From Bacteroidales bacterium (GTDB lineage Bacteria > Bacteroidota > Bacteroidia > Bacteroidales > VadinHA17), in the NCBI GenBank assembly GCA_041740815.1, contig JBGSLG010000157.1, positions 20,015-84,014 on the forward strand: a stretch of DNA of 64,000 bases, written 5' to 3'. The translations under genes and the position numbers were made by a program. This document shows, piece after piece, positions 44,070 to 54,307 of this stretch. The notes under the pieces were generated by a model. The model was not told the DNA's origin. It ran no database searches and saw only the letters and a list, made by a program, of their open reading frames with translations. Numbering within the stretch: the stretch's first letter is position 1; every line of letters begins with the position of its first letter.

Positions 44070-44784
44070 AGGCATACTCCGAGCTCTTTCCGTCTCTTCT
44101 GCGCACGGAAAGCATCCCGTCAGGCCTGACGTACTCTATCATACCTTCGAACTCTCCCCGGCTGTCGGCATACCGGTGCCATTCGCCCATCCTGTATAGC
44201 GCCTCATGATATTCCCGTGCCATGGCTGCTGACTCACCGTTCAGTATCATCCTGTACCTGCGGTCAAGCATGTCAGTAAGCCTTCCGGTAACAGCCGGCA
44301 GGTCATGGCTTAAGCCGGTGACAAGCGCCAGGGAGACAGGATTGGGGGCTCCACCCCTGAAGAGGGTCTGGTTGACGTTAAGCCCTATGCCTGCAACAGT
44401 GCTGCCAACCACGTCGCCCATTATGCTGTTCTCAATCAGGATCCCTGCTATTTTGTCATCCCTGACGTAGATGTCGTTGGGCCATTTGATCCTCACTTCT
44501 GAAGTATGCAGGCTGACAAGGTCATGAACCGCCAGGGAAATCATCTGCGAAATGACAAACTGTTCCGCAGGCTTTACAGTGACCGGGTAGAGTATCACGC
44601 TCATCAGCAGGTTACTGCCGGGCTCACTCTCCCACCTGTTTCCCGCCTGGCCTCTTCCGCTCTCCTGGTATGACGCCGTAATTACAGTTCCTTCTGCCGG
44701 GTTCGACTCACGCAGAAGGGCTGCAGCCACCGTGTTTGTAGATGACACTTTTTCATACAGTATGACATTCGATCCTATTATCAT
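44044..44784 (-). CDS. birA: Biotin-[acetyl-CoA-carboxylase] ligase (group I, no HTH)
   Basis: QESGRGQAGNRWES (GRGRxGRxW-type motif), KWPNDIYV and GIGLNVNQ. 246 aa. Confidence 0.88.
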   Translation of the reverse strand: MIIGSNVILYEKVSSTNTVAAALLRESNPAEGTVITASYQESGRGQAGNRWESEPGSNLLMSVILYPVTVKPAEQFVISQMISLAVHDLVSLHTSEVRIKWPNDIYVRDDKIAGILIENSIMGDVVGSTVAGIGLNVNQTLFRGGAPNPVSLALVTGLSHDLPAVTGRLTDMLDRRYRMILNGESAAMAREYHEALYRMGEWHRYADSRGEFEGMIEYVRPDGMLSVRRRDGKSSEYAFKEIDYIL

Positions 44785-44954
44785 GATAACCAGATATTTA
44801 TTCTGTCCTTCTCAGGCAAAACCGGCCCTTTTGTCCCTTCCGGCCATATTGGCACCCTTATTGTAAAAAGAGCAGGAGCCGGACGAAAATACGGATAAAT
44901 GTTCGTAATTTTGCGGCTGTTAACAGGAACTGTTTATTACTGAAAAGATTATTG

Positions 44955-45338
44955 ATGAGAAAAGCCGGAAAAGAGGCCACCCAGATGACGGAGAGCATTG
45001 CTAAGGGTTTGTTTGAGAGAAAGGGAGAGAGGGTGGCGCTGATCGATCTGAGAAACATTGAAAGCAGAGTATGTGACTTTTTTGTTATAACCCATGCCGC
45101 ATCCACCAAACAGGTTGATTCGCTCGCATGGTCCGTTGAGGATGTTGTACGCAAGGAGACAGGCAGAAAGCCTTATCATATCGAAGGAAGGGAAAACTGC
45201 ATGTGGGTCCTGCTCGATTACGGTGATGTTCTCGTACATATTTTTCAGCAGCCGTACAGGGATTTTTACGACCTCGAATCGTTATGGGCCGACGGACGCA
45301 TGACTATCCTCGAGGACAAACCAGAAATGAAAGGTTAA
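44955..45338 (+). CDS. rsfS: Ribosome silencing factor RsfS (iojap)
   Basis: DFFVITHAASTKQVDS...WVLLDYGDVLVHIFQQPYRDFYDLESLW is the canonical RsfS core. TAATTTTG -7 box at 44906-44913. Confidence 0.88.
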   Translation: MRKAGKEATQMTESIAKGLFERKGERVALIDLRNIESRVCDFFVITHAASTKQVDSLAWSVEDVVRKETGRKPYHIEGRENCMWVLLDYGDVLVHIFQQPYRDFYDLESLWADGRMTILEDKPEMKG

Positions 45339-45344
45339 TTATAT

Positions 45345-47513
45345 ATGGCAGAGAGCAAAGAGACTCCGAAGTCAGATAAGAACGATAAGAAGCCCAAAGC
45401 ATGGTTCAACACGAGCTGGCCTATTGTTATTCTTGTGTTGACATTTATTGTATTCCAGCTCCTCTTCTCAGGCAAGTACACCCAGAAAGCCGGACAGAGG
45501 GAGATTGAAGAGATGGTCATGAATCACGATATCGAGAAGGTCATCGTGATCAATGAGGAACAGGCTGAGATCTACATCTGGGCCGATTCGCTCAAGAGCG
45601 GACGCTATCCCGATTTTGCCGAGCAGCGCAGCTTCGGCCTCCAGCCGCCCAGACCGCATTATTACCATACCTTCGGAACGGTGGAGCTCTTCCAGGAGTT
45701 CTTTGAGGCGGCCCAGGATAAGGCCGGCTACACCGAGAATGACCGCATCTACCTCGAATACCAGAAGAGAAAAGATTACCTGGCCACCTTCCTGGGAGTT
45801 ATACTTCCGTTCCTGATCATTGCCCTGCTGTGGATCTATTTCATGCGGCGTATGGCTGGCGGCGGCGGTGCCGGCGGTGCCGGGAACATCTTCAGCGTAG
45901 GCAAATCCAAGGCGCAGATCTTTGATAAGGACACTCACATCAAGACCAACTTCAGTGATGTAGCAGGCCTGGAGGAGGCCAAGACCGAGGTGATGGAGAT
46001 TGTTGATTTCCTGAAAAACCCGAAAAAATATACCTCTCTCGGTGGCAAGATACCGAAGGGCGCACTTCTCGTTGGCCCTCCTGGGACAGGGAAGACCCTG
46101 CTTGCCAAGGCCGTGGCCGGTGAAGCCAACGTCCCCTTCTTCTCAATATCGGGGTCAGACTTCGTCGAGATGTTTGTCGGCGTCGGCGCCTCGCGCGTCA
46201 GGGACCTCTTCAAGCAGGCCAAGGAGAAGGCGCCATGTATCGTATTCATTGATGAGATAGACGCCGTGGGTCGTGCCCGCGGCCGTAACCCGAACTTCGG
46301 GGCTAATGACGAACGTGAGAACACCCTGAACCAGCTCCTCACCGAGATGGACGGCTTCGGAACCAACAGCGGGGTGATAATACTGGCAGCCACCAACAGG
46401 GCGGATATACTTGACAAAGCCCTCCTCAGGGCAGGCCGTTTTGACCGTCAGATACACGTTGAGCTTCCTGACATCAAGGAACGCGAGGCAATCTTCAAGG
46501 TGCATCTTCGCCCTATCAAGCTCGCAGCGGAATTTGATATTGCCTTCCTTGCAAAACAGACCCCCGGGTTCTCAGGTGCCGACATCGCCAACGTATGTAA
46601 CGAGGCAGCACTGATCGCCGCCAGGGGAAACAAGACCGTAGTGGAGAAACAGGATTTCCTCGACGCCATCGACAGGATTATCGGCGGGCTGGAGAAGAAG
46701 AACAAGATCATCTCCATGGAGGAGAAGAGAACGATAGCTTATCACGAAGCAGGACACGCCACCGTCAGCTGGCTCCTGGAACATGCCAGTCCCCTGCTTA
46801 AGGTGACTATCATTCCAAGGGGAAAAGCCCTCGGGGCAGCATGGTACCTGCCTGAGGAGAGATCGATATCTACCCGTGAACATATATTTGACGAGCTTGC
46901 CTATGCACTGGGCGGCAGGGCAGCTGAGGAGCTGGTCATAGGTAAAATTTCAACCGGCGCACTGAGCGACCTTGAAAAGGTGACCAAACAGGCTTATGCC
47001 ATGGTGGCATGGTTCGGAATGTCTGATGCAGTGGGAAACATGAGTTATTACGATTCATCAGGACAGTCGGAATACGGATTTACAAAGCCATACAGCGAGA
47101 AGACTGCTGAGCTCATCGACATGGAAGCCAAAAAAATCGTGGATGTGTCGTACACCAAGGCCAAAGAGGTCATCTCAGCGAATATTGACGGTCTTAAGCA
47201 GCTTGCCGAACAGCTCCTTGAGAAGGAGGTTATCTTCAGCGAGGACCTTGAGCGGATCTTCGGTAAGCGCAAGGGTGACCACTCAAGAGACCTGACTGAT
47301 GATAAGCACCTTCCGGAAATTCCGGCATCGGGTGAGGCAACCTTAACAACTGAATCTCCGGCGGCTCCGGAGACTACGGCAACGTCTGAGAAGAGGGAGA
47401 CTCCGGAAAACACGCCAAGGTCTGAGAAGAAGGGGGCTCCGGAAACCACGCCAGCGTCTGCGAAAACGGAAAATCCGGAAGCTCCGGCATCACCGGCTGA
47501 ACATGGAGAATGA
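45345..47513 (+). CDS. ftsH: ATP-dependent zinc metalloprotease FtsH with repetitive P/E/T/A-rich C-terminal tail
   Basis: Two N-terminal TM helices, Walker A GPPGTGKT, Walker [13 protein letters not shown] ([18 protein letters not shown]) and the zinc site HEAGHA. The tail repeats ETTATSEKR / [12 protein letters not shown] / [11 protein letters not shown]. Confidence 0.95.
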   Translation: MAESKETPKSDKNDKKPKAWFNTSWPIVILVLTFIVFQLLFSGKYTQKAGQREIEEMVMNHDIEKVIVINEEQAEIYIWADSLKSGRYPDFAEQRSFGLQPPRPHYYHTFGTVELFQEFFEAAQDKAGYTENDRIYLEYQKRKDYLATFLGVILPFLIIALLWIYFMRRMAGGGGAGGAGNIFSVGKSKAQIFDKDTHIKTNFSDVAGLEEAKTEVMEIVDFLKNPKKYTSLGGKIPKGALLVGPPGTGKTLLAKAVAGEANVPFFSISGSDFVEMFVGVGASRVRDLFKQAKEKAPCIVFIDEIDAVGRARGRNPNFGANDERENTLNQLLTEMDGFGTNSGVIILAATNRADILDKALLRAGRFDRQIHVELPDIKEREAIFKVHLRPIKLAAEFDIAFLAKQTPGFSGADIANVCNEAALIAARGNKTVVEKQDFLDAIDRIIGGLEKKNKIISMEEKRTIAYHEAGHATVSWLLEHASPLLKVTIIPRGKALGAAWYLPEERSISTREHIFDELAYALGGRAAEELVIGKISTGALSDLEKVTKQAYAMVAWFGMSDAVGNMSYYDSSGQSEYGFTKPYSEKTAELIDMEAKKIVDVSYTKAKEVISANIDGLKQLAEQLLEKEVIFSEDLERIFGKRKGDHSRDLTDDKHLPEIPASGEATLTTESPAAPETTATSEKRETPENTPRSEKKGAPETTPASAKTENPEAPASPAEHGE

Positions 47514-47700
47514 GTGGGTTGTCATAGCCGGCTTCACCGATGATGTCAGAAGCCATATTGCTGTTGAACGCCTGCTCACCAGCGGTATAGATGCAGTGGC
47601 TGTGGACAAGCGCGACAGTATATACAGAATAGGTGAGATAGAGGTTTTTGTGCATCGTGATAATGTGCTAATTGCTAAGGATATAATCAAAGATCTTTGA
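47503..47700 (+). CDS. Small DUF2007-like (putative signal-transducing) protein
   Basis: 65 aa. The pattern WVVIAGFTDDVRSHIAVERLLTSGIDAVAVDKRD...IEVFVHRDNVLIAKDII fits the beta-alpha-beta DUF2007 fold. Overlaps the ftsH stop by 11 nt. Confidence 0.5.
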   Translation: MENEWVVIAGFTDDVRSHIAVERLLTSGIDAVAVDKRDSIYRIGEIEVFVHRDNVLIAKDIIKDL

Positions 47701-47701
47701 G

Positions 47702-48544
47702 GTGACCAATCTTGTCAGGCGCACAGTTACAGGTGCTTTCATAGTGATATTCGTGCTCGGAGGGTTATGGCTCCATCCTGTTTCTTTTTTCCTGGTGGGT
47801 GCGGTGATGCTGGCAGGCACACAGCTCGAGTACTACCTCATGGTCAGGAGCGCGGGAGTACGTCCCCAGATGGTCACAGGAATCATAAGCGGTTTCATTC
47901 TCTACATCACATCAACGATGATTGCTCTCGGGTGGCTGCCCCTGGAGGGTTTTCTTGTACTTATACCTGTGGTATCCGCAGTGATGCTGCTGGAGCTCTT
48001 CAGGAATGTGGAGCGGCCATTTGATTCGCTGGCCCACACCTTTTTCTCAATACTGTACACCGCAGTGCCTATATCCATGTTCCCCTTCGCCGCCTTTAAC
48101 AGGCCGGGGATGGCGCCGCTGATACCCATGGAGGGAATTGAATTCTCGCCTGCAACAGTGATCGGATTCTTCCTTCTGCTGTGGACCAATGACACCGGTG
48201 CCTATCTCGTCGGGTCATCGCTGGGAAAACACCGTCTCTTTGAACGCATCTCCCCGAAGAAGTCGTGGGAGGGTTTCTTTGGAGGGATGGTTCTGACCCT
48301 GCTCGTCGCCCGTCTGGTCTTCGGATGGCTGGGTGTTGAAGATACAAACAGATGGATGATAATAGCACTGATCATCTCCATTGGAGGAACTGTGGGTGAT
48401 CTCCTGGAGTCATTGCTCAAGCGCAGCGTGGGGCTTAAAGACTCAGGGACGATCATGCCGGGACACGGAGGATTTCTTGACAGGTTTGACAGCGTGGTGG
48501 TGGCATTCCCGCTGGTTTATCTTTATCTGGCAATAACAGGATAG
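47702..48544 (+). CDS. cdsA: Phosphatidate cytidylyltransferase
   Basis: The C-terminal signature reads SLLKRSVGLKDSGTIMPGHGGFLDRFDS. Multi-TM. GTG start. Confidence 0.9.
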   Translation: MTNLVRRTVTGAFIVIFVLGGLWLHPVSFFLVGAVMLAGTQLEYYLMVRSAGVRPQMVTGIISGFILYITSTMIALGWLPLEGFLVLIPVVSAVMLLELFRNVERPFDSLAHTFFSILYTAVPISMFPFAAFNRPGMAPLIPMEGIEFSPATVIGFFLLLWTNDTGAYLVGSSLGKHRLFERISPKKSWEGFFGGMVLTLLVARLVFGWLGVEDTNRWMIIALIISIGGTVGDLLESLLKRSVGLKDSGTIMPGHGGFLDRFDSVVVAFPLVYLYLAITG

Positions 48545-48546
48545 TC

Positions 48547-49221
48547 ATGGCATTAAGAAAAATTAAAATTCACAGGGAAGGGTACAGGATCATCCTGGGA
48601 GTGTTCGTCCTGCTTGTTGGCCTGAACGTTGCAGCCTGGCTGCTATGGCCGGGACCGACGCTGGCGCATTACGGGGGTCTGGCGGCATCACTCCTTTTCC
48701 TTGGCTTTATCCTGATGTTTTTCCGCACACCGGCAAGACTCGTTGAGCCTGACCCGCTGCTAATCTATGCACCGGCAGACGGAAAAATCGTCGTTATAGA
48801 AGAGGTATTTGAAAAAGAGTACTTCCGTGACAACAGGCTGCAGATCTCGATATTCATGTCGCCCTTTAACATGCACAGCAACAGGTACCCCATATCAGGT
48901 ACCGTATCCTATACCCATTACCAGCCCGGCAAGAAATACCTTGCCCGCAGCCCCAAATCGTCATTGCTGAACGAAAGGAGCAGTGTGGTTGTTACTTCAG
49001 ATAACGGCACAGGTGTGCTCATAAGGCAGGTTGCTGGAGCAGTGGCAAGACGCATTGTCACATACTCCAAAAAGGGAGAAAAAGTGAACCAGGGTGATGA
49101 GCTGGGATTCATCAAGTTCGGTTCACGGGTGGATATATTTCTGCCGCCAGATACCGAGGTTAACGTTGAGATGTTTGAGCAGGTAAGGGCAAGCCGGACC
49201 ATACTTGCGAGAGTTATTTAA
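48547..49221 (+). CDS. psd: Phosphatidylserine decarboxylase proenzyme (short Bacteroidota type)
   Basis: IFMSPFNMHSNRYP and the self-cleavage region GFIKFGSRVDIFLP. 224 aa. Sits 2 nt after cdsA. Confidence 0.88.
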   Translation: MALRKIKIHREGYRIILGVFVLLVGLNVAAWLLWPGPTLAHYGGLAASLLFLGFILMFFRTPARLVEPDPLLIYAPADGKIVVIEEVFEKEYFRDNRLQISIFMSPFNMHSNRYPISGTVSYTHYQPGKKYLARSPKSSLLNERSSVVVTSDNGTGVLIRQVAGAVARRIVTYSKKGEKVNQGDELGFIKFGSRVDIFLPPDTEVNVEMFEQVRASRTILARVI

Positions 49222-49232
49222 CTTTAAAGAAA

Positions 49233-50459
49233 ATGAAAGCAGATACCAGAATACTTGATCTTACACCCGATGTGAAATGGATAGGGGTGCTTGATCCGGA
49301 CATAAGGACCTTTGATATTGTGATGCATACTGAACACGGTACCACATACAACTCATATTTCATCAACGCTGAGAAGAAGACCGTTATTGAGACGGCCAAG
49401 GAGAAATTCAGTGAAACATGGCTCAGCAAGCTGAGGCAGGTCACTGATCCTGCCGATCTGTCCTACATAGTGCTTGACCATACCGAGCCTGATCATTCAG
49501 GAGCCATGAGGCAGCTGCTTGACCTTGCGCCTTCAGCAGTTGTGGTGGGCAGCGGCAACGCTATCAGGTACCTCTCTGACATCGTCAACAGGCCATTCAA
49601 GTCACTGGTTGTTAAGGACGGCGATACGCTGGACCTGGGGAATAAGACCCTGAAGTTCATCTCGGCCCCCAACCTTCACTGGCCTGACACTATCTATACC
49701 TGGCTGGTGGAGGACAGGATACTCTTCACCTGCGACTCCTTTGGGGCGCATTACTGCCATGAGGAGATGTTTGATGACCTCACGGGCGATTACAGCGAGG
49801 ATTTCAGGTATTACTTTGAGGTGATACTTAAGCCATACAGCAAGTTCATGCTAAAGGCCATTGAGAAGATCAGACCGCTTGACATCTCGATGATCGCAAC
49901 GGGACACGGTCCGGTACTCAGGCAGGGATGGAAGAAAATTGTGGACGAAACACATGATCTGGCCTCCGCCTATATCAGGCTGACAGATGGATCAGGGGAA
50001 AAGCGTCTTCTTATAACCTACGTCTCCGCATACGGATATACAAGGGAGATGGCGGAACTGATTGCAAGGGGGGCCTCCGCGGTAGAGGATGTCAAAGTAG
50101 AGGTAATGGATATCGAAACTGCCGATATCGGGGAGATAGATTCAAAGCTTACTATTGCTGACGGCATCATTGTAGGGTCTCCCACGATCAACCAGAACAC
50201 GCTTTTACCGGTCTACAAACTGGCAGCGATGGTCAGTCCGCTCCGCGACAGAGGCAAGCTTGCCGGTTCGTTCGGCTCATACGGCTGGAGCGGAGAGGCA
50301 CCCGTTCTCATTGCGGAGATGCTCAGGAACCTCAAGCTGCGGTTCTTTGAAGAGCCGGCGGCATATAAGTTCCTCCCCGAAAGCGATAAGGAAAAACCGC
50401 TCATTGAATACGGAGAGAGATTTGCACGCGAACTGACGGCACTCCGGGCAGAGGACTGA
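49233..50459 (+). CDS. FprA-type flavodiiron protein (metallo-beta-lactamase-like + flavodoxin domains)
   Basis: Diiron ligand motif LDHTEPDHSGA, and a C-terminal flavodoxin domain (LITYVSAYGYTREMA...GSPTINQN). 408 aa. No rubredoxin domain. Confidence 0.88.
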   Translation: MKADTRILDLTPDVKWIGVLDPDIRTFDIVMHTEHGTTYNSYFINAEKKTVIETAKEKFSETWLSKLRQVTDPADLSYIVLDHTEPDHSGAMRQLLDLAPSAVVVGSGNAIRYLSDIVNRPFKSLVVKDGDTLDLGNKTLKFISAPNLHWPDTIYTWLVEDRILFTCDSFGAHYCHEEMFDDLTGDYSEDFRYYFEVILKPYSKFMLKAIEKIRPLDISMIATGHGPVLRQGWKKIVDETHDLASAYIRLTDGSGEKRLLITYVSAYGYTREMAELIARGASAVEDVKVEVMDIETADIGEIDSKLTIADGIIVGSPTINQNTLLPVYKLAAMVSPLRDRGKLAGSFGSYGWSGEAPVLIAEMLRNLKLRFFEEPAAYKFLPESDKEKPLIEYGERFARELTALRAED

Positions 50460-50483
50460 ACAATCAGAATGTATATAAAACAG

Positions 50484-50512
50484 GCAGAGACGTTGCACCG
50501 CAACGTCTCTGC
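50484..50512. terminator. Bidirectional hairpin terminator between fprA-like gene and hsp20
   Basis: GCAGAGACGTTGC-acc-GCAACGTCTCTGC is a perfect 13-bp stem. Confidence 0.8.
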
Positions 50513-50552
50513 TCATTTAATTACCAACCTGTTACATGGTTGTGATCCCTGC

Positions 50553-51011
50553 TTATGCTATCGGGACCGAACGGATTTTCTCCTTCTTCTTCTCCTCTTC
50601 CAGCTTGGGTATCTCAACATTCAGAATACCATCCCTGTAGTTGGCACCGATCTTTTCTCCGTTGACATCCTCAGGCAGGTAGAAGCTGCGGCAGAATGAG
50701 CTGTAGCTGAACTCCCTGCGCCTGAAGCCATCAAGATCCTCCTGCTTCTCTTCCTTCTGCTCAGCTGAGATTGTAAGAACATCATCCTTTACTTCAATTC
50801 GCAGATCCTTCCTGTCCATGCCCGGTACAGCAAGCTCAAGATAAAACGCCTTCTCATCTTCCCTGATATTCACTGCAGGCAGACTGCTTGCATTCCTGTT
50901 GAATGTCGGAAAAAAATCCTCGTTGAGAAAATCCGACAGTGTAAGCGGTTTGTAATTCCTTCTGGTGATCATTGGTAACATAGCGACCTCCTTTTTATTA
51001 TTGTTAGACAT
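50553..51011 (-). CDS. Hsp20/alpha-crystallin small heat-shock protein
   Basis: Alpha-crystallin domain PAVNIREDEKAFYLELAVPGMDRKDLRIEVKDDVLTISAE...GILNVEIPK. 152 aa. Confidence 0.9.
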   Translation of the reverse strand: MSNNNKKEVAMLPMITRRNYKPLTLSDFLNEDFFPTFNRNASSLPAVNIREDEKAFYLELAVPGMDRKDLRIEVKDDVLTISAEQKEEKQEDLDGFRRREFSYSSFCRSFYLPEDVNGEKIGANYRDGILNVEIPKLEEEKKKEKIRSVPIA

Positions 51012-51062
51012 TAATTACGTTTTCACCGGTAATATTTCAATCTCCATGCCGTCCGCCATTAT

Positions 51063-51109
51063 ATGCCAATATGGCATAATAATTTAATTTTGACATGACA
51101 ATATGGCAT
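51063..51109. promoter_or_regulatory. Two copies of palindrome ATG(C/A)CA-ATA-TGGCAT upstream of hsp20 (candidate operator pair)
   Basis: ATGCCAATATGGCAT at 51063-51077 and ATGACAATATGGCAT at 51095-51109. Their centres are 32 bp apart, and they lie 52-98 bp upstream of the hsp20 start codon. Confidence 0.45.
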
Positions 51110-51214
51110 TTAGCATAAACTGATTGTTTAACCGGGAAATCTTTATAATTTTGGATTTAGGAGTTTTATCCGTTGCCTGCTGTAGCGGGGTACAATTACC
51201 TGATCTGAAGCCCG

Positions 51215-52483
51215 ATGAACACAACTCTGCGTAATATTCTGATACTAATTGGCTTAGCCCTTCTGGTCTATCTTTTCTGGTATTTCCGGAGCATTTTTGC
51301 GTACATTCTGATAGCTGGCGTCATCTCACTGATAGGTCGGCCTGTGGTTGACCTTCTGAGCAGCATCAAGGTATGGAAGTTCAAGTTTCCCAAGGCATTG
51401 AGTTCACTTCTTACGCTCCTGATGCTGTACGGTCTGCTGGCTCTCTTCTTCATGATTTTCATCCCGCTGATTGCCAAACAGCTCGATGCTCTATCAGGCT
51501 TTGATGCAGGTTCTATAGTTCAGGGTCTGCGTGATCAGCTCGACAAGCTTGATACGGTGATCAAGAGGATCTACCGCGATATGCCTGCAGATAAAACCAT
51601 GTATGACATCGCAGTTACAACTATCACAAATATTCTTAACCCGGCATCAATCAGCGATTTTGCCGGCAACATCGTGACTTTGATCAGCAGGGTGGTCGTT
51701 GCCGCCGTGGCAATCACCTTCCTAGCCTTCTTCTTTCTGAAGGATGAAGGCCTCTTCAAGGAGACGATAATGGTTATGGTGCCAGACCAGTACGAGTTAA
51801 GAATCAGAAATGTACTTCACTCCATCAAGAAGCTGCTGATTAGATATTTTATCGGCATTATTCTGCAGAGCACCATTGTGCTCATCAATATCACGATCGG
51901 CATGACAATCGTCGGGTTTCCTTTCCAACAGGCGCTGGTGATGGGCCTCCTGGTGGGTATCTTCAATGTCATACCCTATCTCGGACCCTGGCTGGGCGGC
52001 TCGGTTGCAGTGCTGATGGGGGTGGCAACAGCCGTGACCACGGCAGGCTTCCCTGTCATCTGGCTCCTCATAGTATACATGCTTATCGTCATTGCATGCA
52101 CGCAGCTTATTGACAATAACCTGATCCAGCCCATGATTTATTCGCGGAGCGTAAATGCCCATCCCATCGAGATATTCCTTGTGATTATGGCTGTGGGCAG
52201 CTTCGCCGGCATCATCGGGATGATAGTGGCGGTGCCCGCATATACCGCGATGAGGGTCTTTGCCCGCGAATTCTTCTATAACTTCGGGCCTGTCCGAAAA
52301 CTTACCTCCGGCTTCGGCAAGGAGAACAGGGAGACAAAAGAGGAAACCAGTGATAAAGGTGGCACTGGTAATCCCGTAGGGACAGGCGTCACCGTGGAGG
52401 CAGGAAAGACACAAGAGGCAGACCGTCCCGTAGAGGCAGGAAAGACACCAGAGTCAGACCGTCCCATAGAGGCAGGGCATTAA
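51215..52483 (+). CDS. AI-2E/PerM-family transporter with repetitive C-terminal tail
   Basis: 8 TM helices. IPYLGPWLG and LIQPMIYSRSVNAHPIEIF are AI-2E family blocks. The tail repeats VEAGKTQEADRP / VEAGKTPESDRP / IEAGH. TAATTTTG -7 box at 51146-51153. Confidence 0.82.
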   Translation: MNTTLRNILILIGLALLVYLFWYFRSIFAYILIAGVISLIGRPVVDLLSSIKVWKFKFPKALSSLLTLLMLYGLLALFFMIFIPLIAKQLDALSGFDAGSIVQGLRDQLDKLDTVIKRIYRDMPADKTMYDIAVTTITNILNPASISDFAGNIVTLISRVVVAAVAITFLAFFFLKDEGLFKETIMVMVPDQYELRIRNVLHSIKKLLIRYFIGIILQSTIVLINITIGMTIVGFPFQQALVMGLLVGIFNVIPYLGPWLGGSVAVLMGVATAVTTAGFPVIWLLIVYMLIVIACTQLIDNNLIQPMIYSRSVNAHPIEIFLVIMAVGSFAGIIGMIVAVPAYTAMRVFAREFFYNFGPVRKLTSGFGKENRETKEETSDKGGTGNPVGTGVTVEAGKTQEADRPVEAGKTPESDRPIEAGH

Positions 52484-52506
52484 CGCTGGAAAAAGGAGTA
52501 GAATTG

Positions 52507-52734
52507 ATGTCAGGAATGTTAACCGGCCCGGGTAAAGTTGCAAGGTTTTATTATGACGGATTCCGCACCATGTCATGGTGGGGTAAAAGGGTGTGGCTCA
52601 TCATCCTCATCAAGCTCTTCATCATGTTCCTCATCCTTAAACTCTTTTTCTTCCCTGATTTCCTGAAGACCAACTTCAGGTCAGACGAGGAGCGGAGCGA
52701 CTATGTTCTGGAACAACTAACAGGAAACAACTGA
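52507..52734 (+). CDS. DUF4492-type small membrane protein preceding cydAB
   Basis: ~75 aa with a single TM helix (VWLIILIKLFIMFLILKLFFF). This is the conserved Bacteroidota position directly upstream of cydA. ATG at 52507 preferred over TTG at 52504. Confidence 0.7.
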   Translation: MSGMLTGPGKVARFYYDGFRTMSWWGKRVWLIILIKLFIMFLILKLFFFPDFLKTNFRSDEERSDYVLEQLTGNN

Positions 52735-52738
52735 TTTT

Positions 52739-54295
52739 ATGATAGAAAACGTTGATCTTACACTGGTAAACTGGTCGAGGGCGCAATTCGCCCTGACAGC
52801 CATCTATCACTGGCTGTTCGTGCCTCTTACACTTGGTCTCTCATTCATCCTCGCGTTTATGGAGACTATATATGTACGTACCGGCGATGAGGCCTGGAAG
52901 AAGATCACAAAGTTCTGGATGACGCTTTTCGGCATCAACTTCGCCATCGGGGTGGCCACCGGCATCATCCTGGAGTTTGAGTTCGGGACCAACTGGTCCA
53001 ACTACTCGTGGTTCGTTGGTGACATCTTCGGTGCTCCGCTGGCAATAGAAGGGATACTGGCCTTCTTCCTCGAATCGACTTTTGTTGCCGTGATGTTCTT
53101 CGGATGGAACAAGGTGAGCAAAAGGTTTCACCTGGCCTCCACATGGCTGGTGGCTGTGGGCGCCAACCTCTCGGCCCTCTGGATTCTTGTAGCCAACGCC
53201 TGGATGGAAAACCCGGTAGGGATGGTATTCAATCCTGATACCGCCCGCAACGAGATGAGCAGCTTCTGGGAGGTAGTCTTTAATCCTGTTGCAATTGACA
53301 AGTTCACCCACACCGTCACCTCAGGCTTTGTACTGGCCTCAGTATTTGTGATTGGCATCAGTTCCTGGTTCCTTATCAGGCGCAGGGAGGAACTGCTTGC
53401 AAGGAAGAGCATACTCATTGCAGGCATCTTCGGACTGGTCTCTGCCCTGGCGGTGGCCATGACCGGAGACAGCTCGGCACGGACCATTGCGGAGGCGCAG
53501 CCCGTCAAGTTCGCAGCTATGGAAGCCCTGTATGAAGGGAAGACCGACGCCGGCCTGACTGTGATAGGGGCGCTGTGGGACAGCGGGGAGAGGATGGGTG
53601 AAAAAAGGGTTCATGACATTAAGATGAAGATAGAGATCCCCAAGCTGCTCTCGTTTATGACAACAGGTAAGGCAGAGGGGTATGTGCCAGGTTTGAAAGA
53701 CCTGGTTAACGGTAATCCTGAGAGGGGAATTATGTCTGTCAGTGAGATGATGGAACGCGGGACCCATGCACGCCAGGTGCTGACCGACTACAAGATGGCA
53801 AGGGAGCTGGGTGACACTGCCTCCATGACTGTTCTCGCCGCCCGGTTCAGTGACAGTGATTTTACTGAAAACTACTTCAGGTACTTCGGTTACAGCTTTT
53901 TTGAACATCCATGGCAGGTGATCCCGTCAGTGCCTGTAACATTCTACAGCTTCCGCATAATGGTAGGACTGGGTTTTTTCTTTATCCTGCTCTTCATACT
54001 GGCTATCTACCTCCAGCGGAGGAATACGCTTGAGAATAACCGCTGGTTCCTCTGGATGGCGCTCTTTTCAATACCGCTGGCATACCTCGCCAGTGAACTC
54101 GGATGGGTAGTGACGGAGATGGGGCGTCAGCCATGGATAATACAGAACCTGATGCCTGTCAGTGTGGCCGTATCCAACATCAGTGCCGGTGCGGTACAGA
54201 CAACCTTCTGGCTCTTCGCCGTCCTCTTCACAGCCCTTCTGATAGCGGAGGTCTCCATAATGGTTAAACAGATCAAAACGGGTCCTAAACACTAG
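52739..54295 (+). CDS. cydA: Cytochrome bd ubiquinol/menaquinol oxidase subunit I
   Basis: LSRAQFALTAIYHWLFVPLT-type N-terminus, Q-loop region and the GWVVTEMGRQPW motif. 518 aa. Confidence 0.95.
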   Translation: MIENVDLTLVNWSRAQFALTAIYHWLFVPLTLGLSFILAFMETIYVRTGDEAWKKITKFWMTLFGINFAIGVATGIILEFEFGTNWSNYSWFVGDIFGAPLAIEGILAFFLESTFVAVMFFGWNKVSKRFHLASTWLVAVGANLSALWILVANAWMENPVGMVFNPDTARNEMSSFWEVVFNPVAIDKFTHTVTSGFVLASVFVIGISSWFLIRRREELLARKSILIAGIFGLVSALAVAMTGDSSARTIAEAQPVKFAAMEALYEGKTDAGLTVIGALWDSGERMGEKRVHDIKMKIEIPKLLSFMTTGKAEGYVPGLKDLVNGNPERGIMSVSEMMERGTHARQVLTDYKMARELGDTASMTVLAARFSDSDFTENYFRYFGYSFFEHPWQVIPSVPVTFYSFRIMVGLGFFFILLFILAIYLQRRNTLENNRWFLWMALFSIPLAYLASELGWVVTEMGRQPWIIQNLMPVSVAVSNISAGAVQTTFWLFAVLFTALLIAEVSIMVKQIKTGPKH

Positions 54296-54307
54296 CACGA
54301 GAAAACA

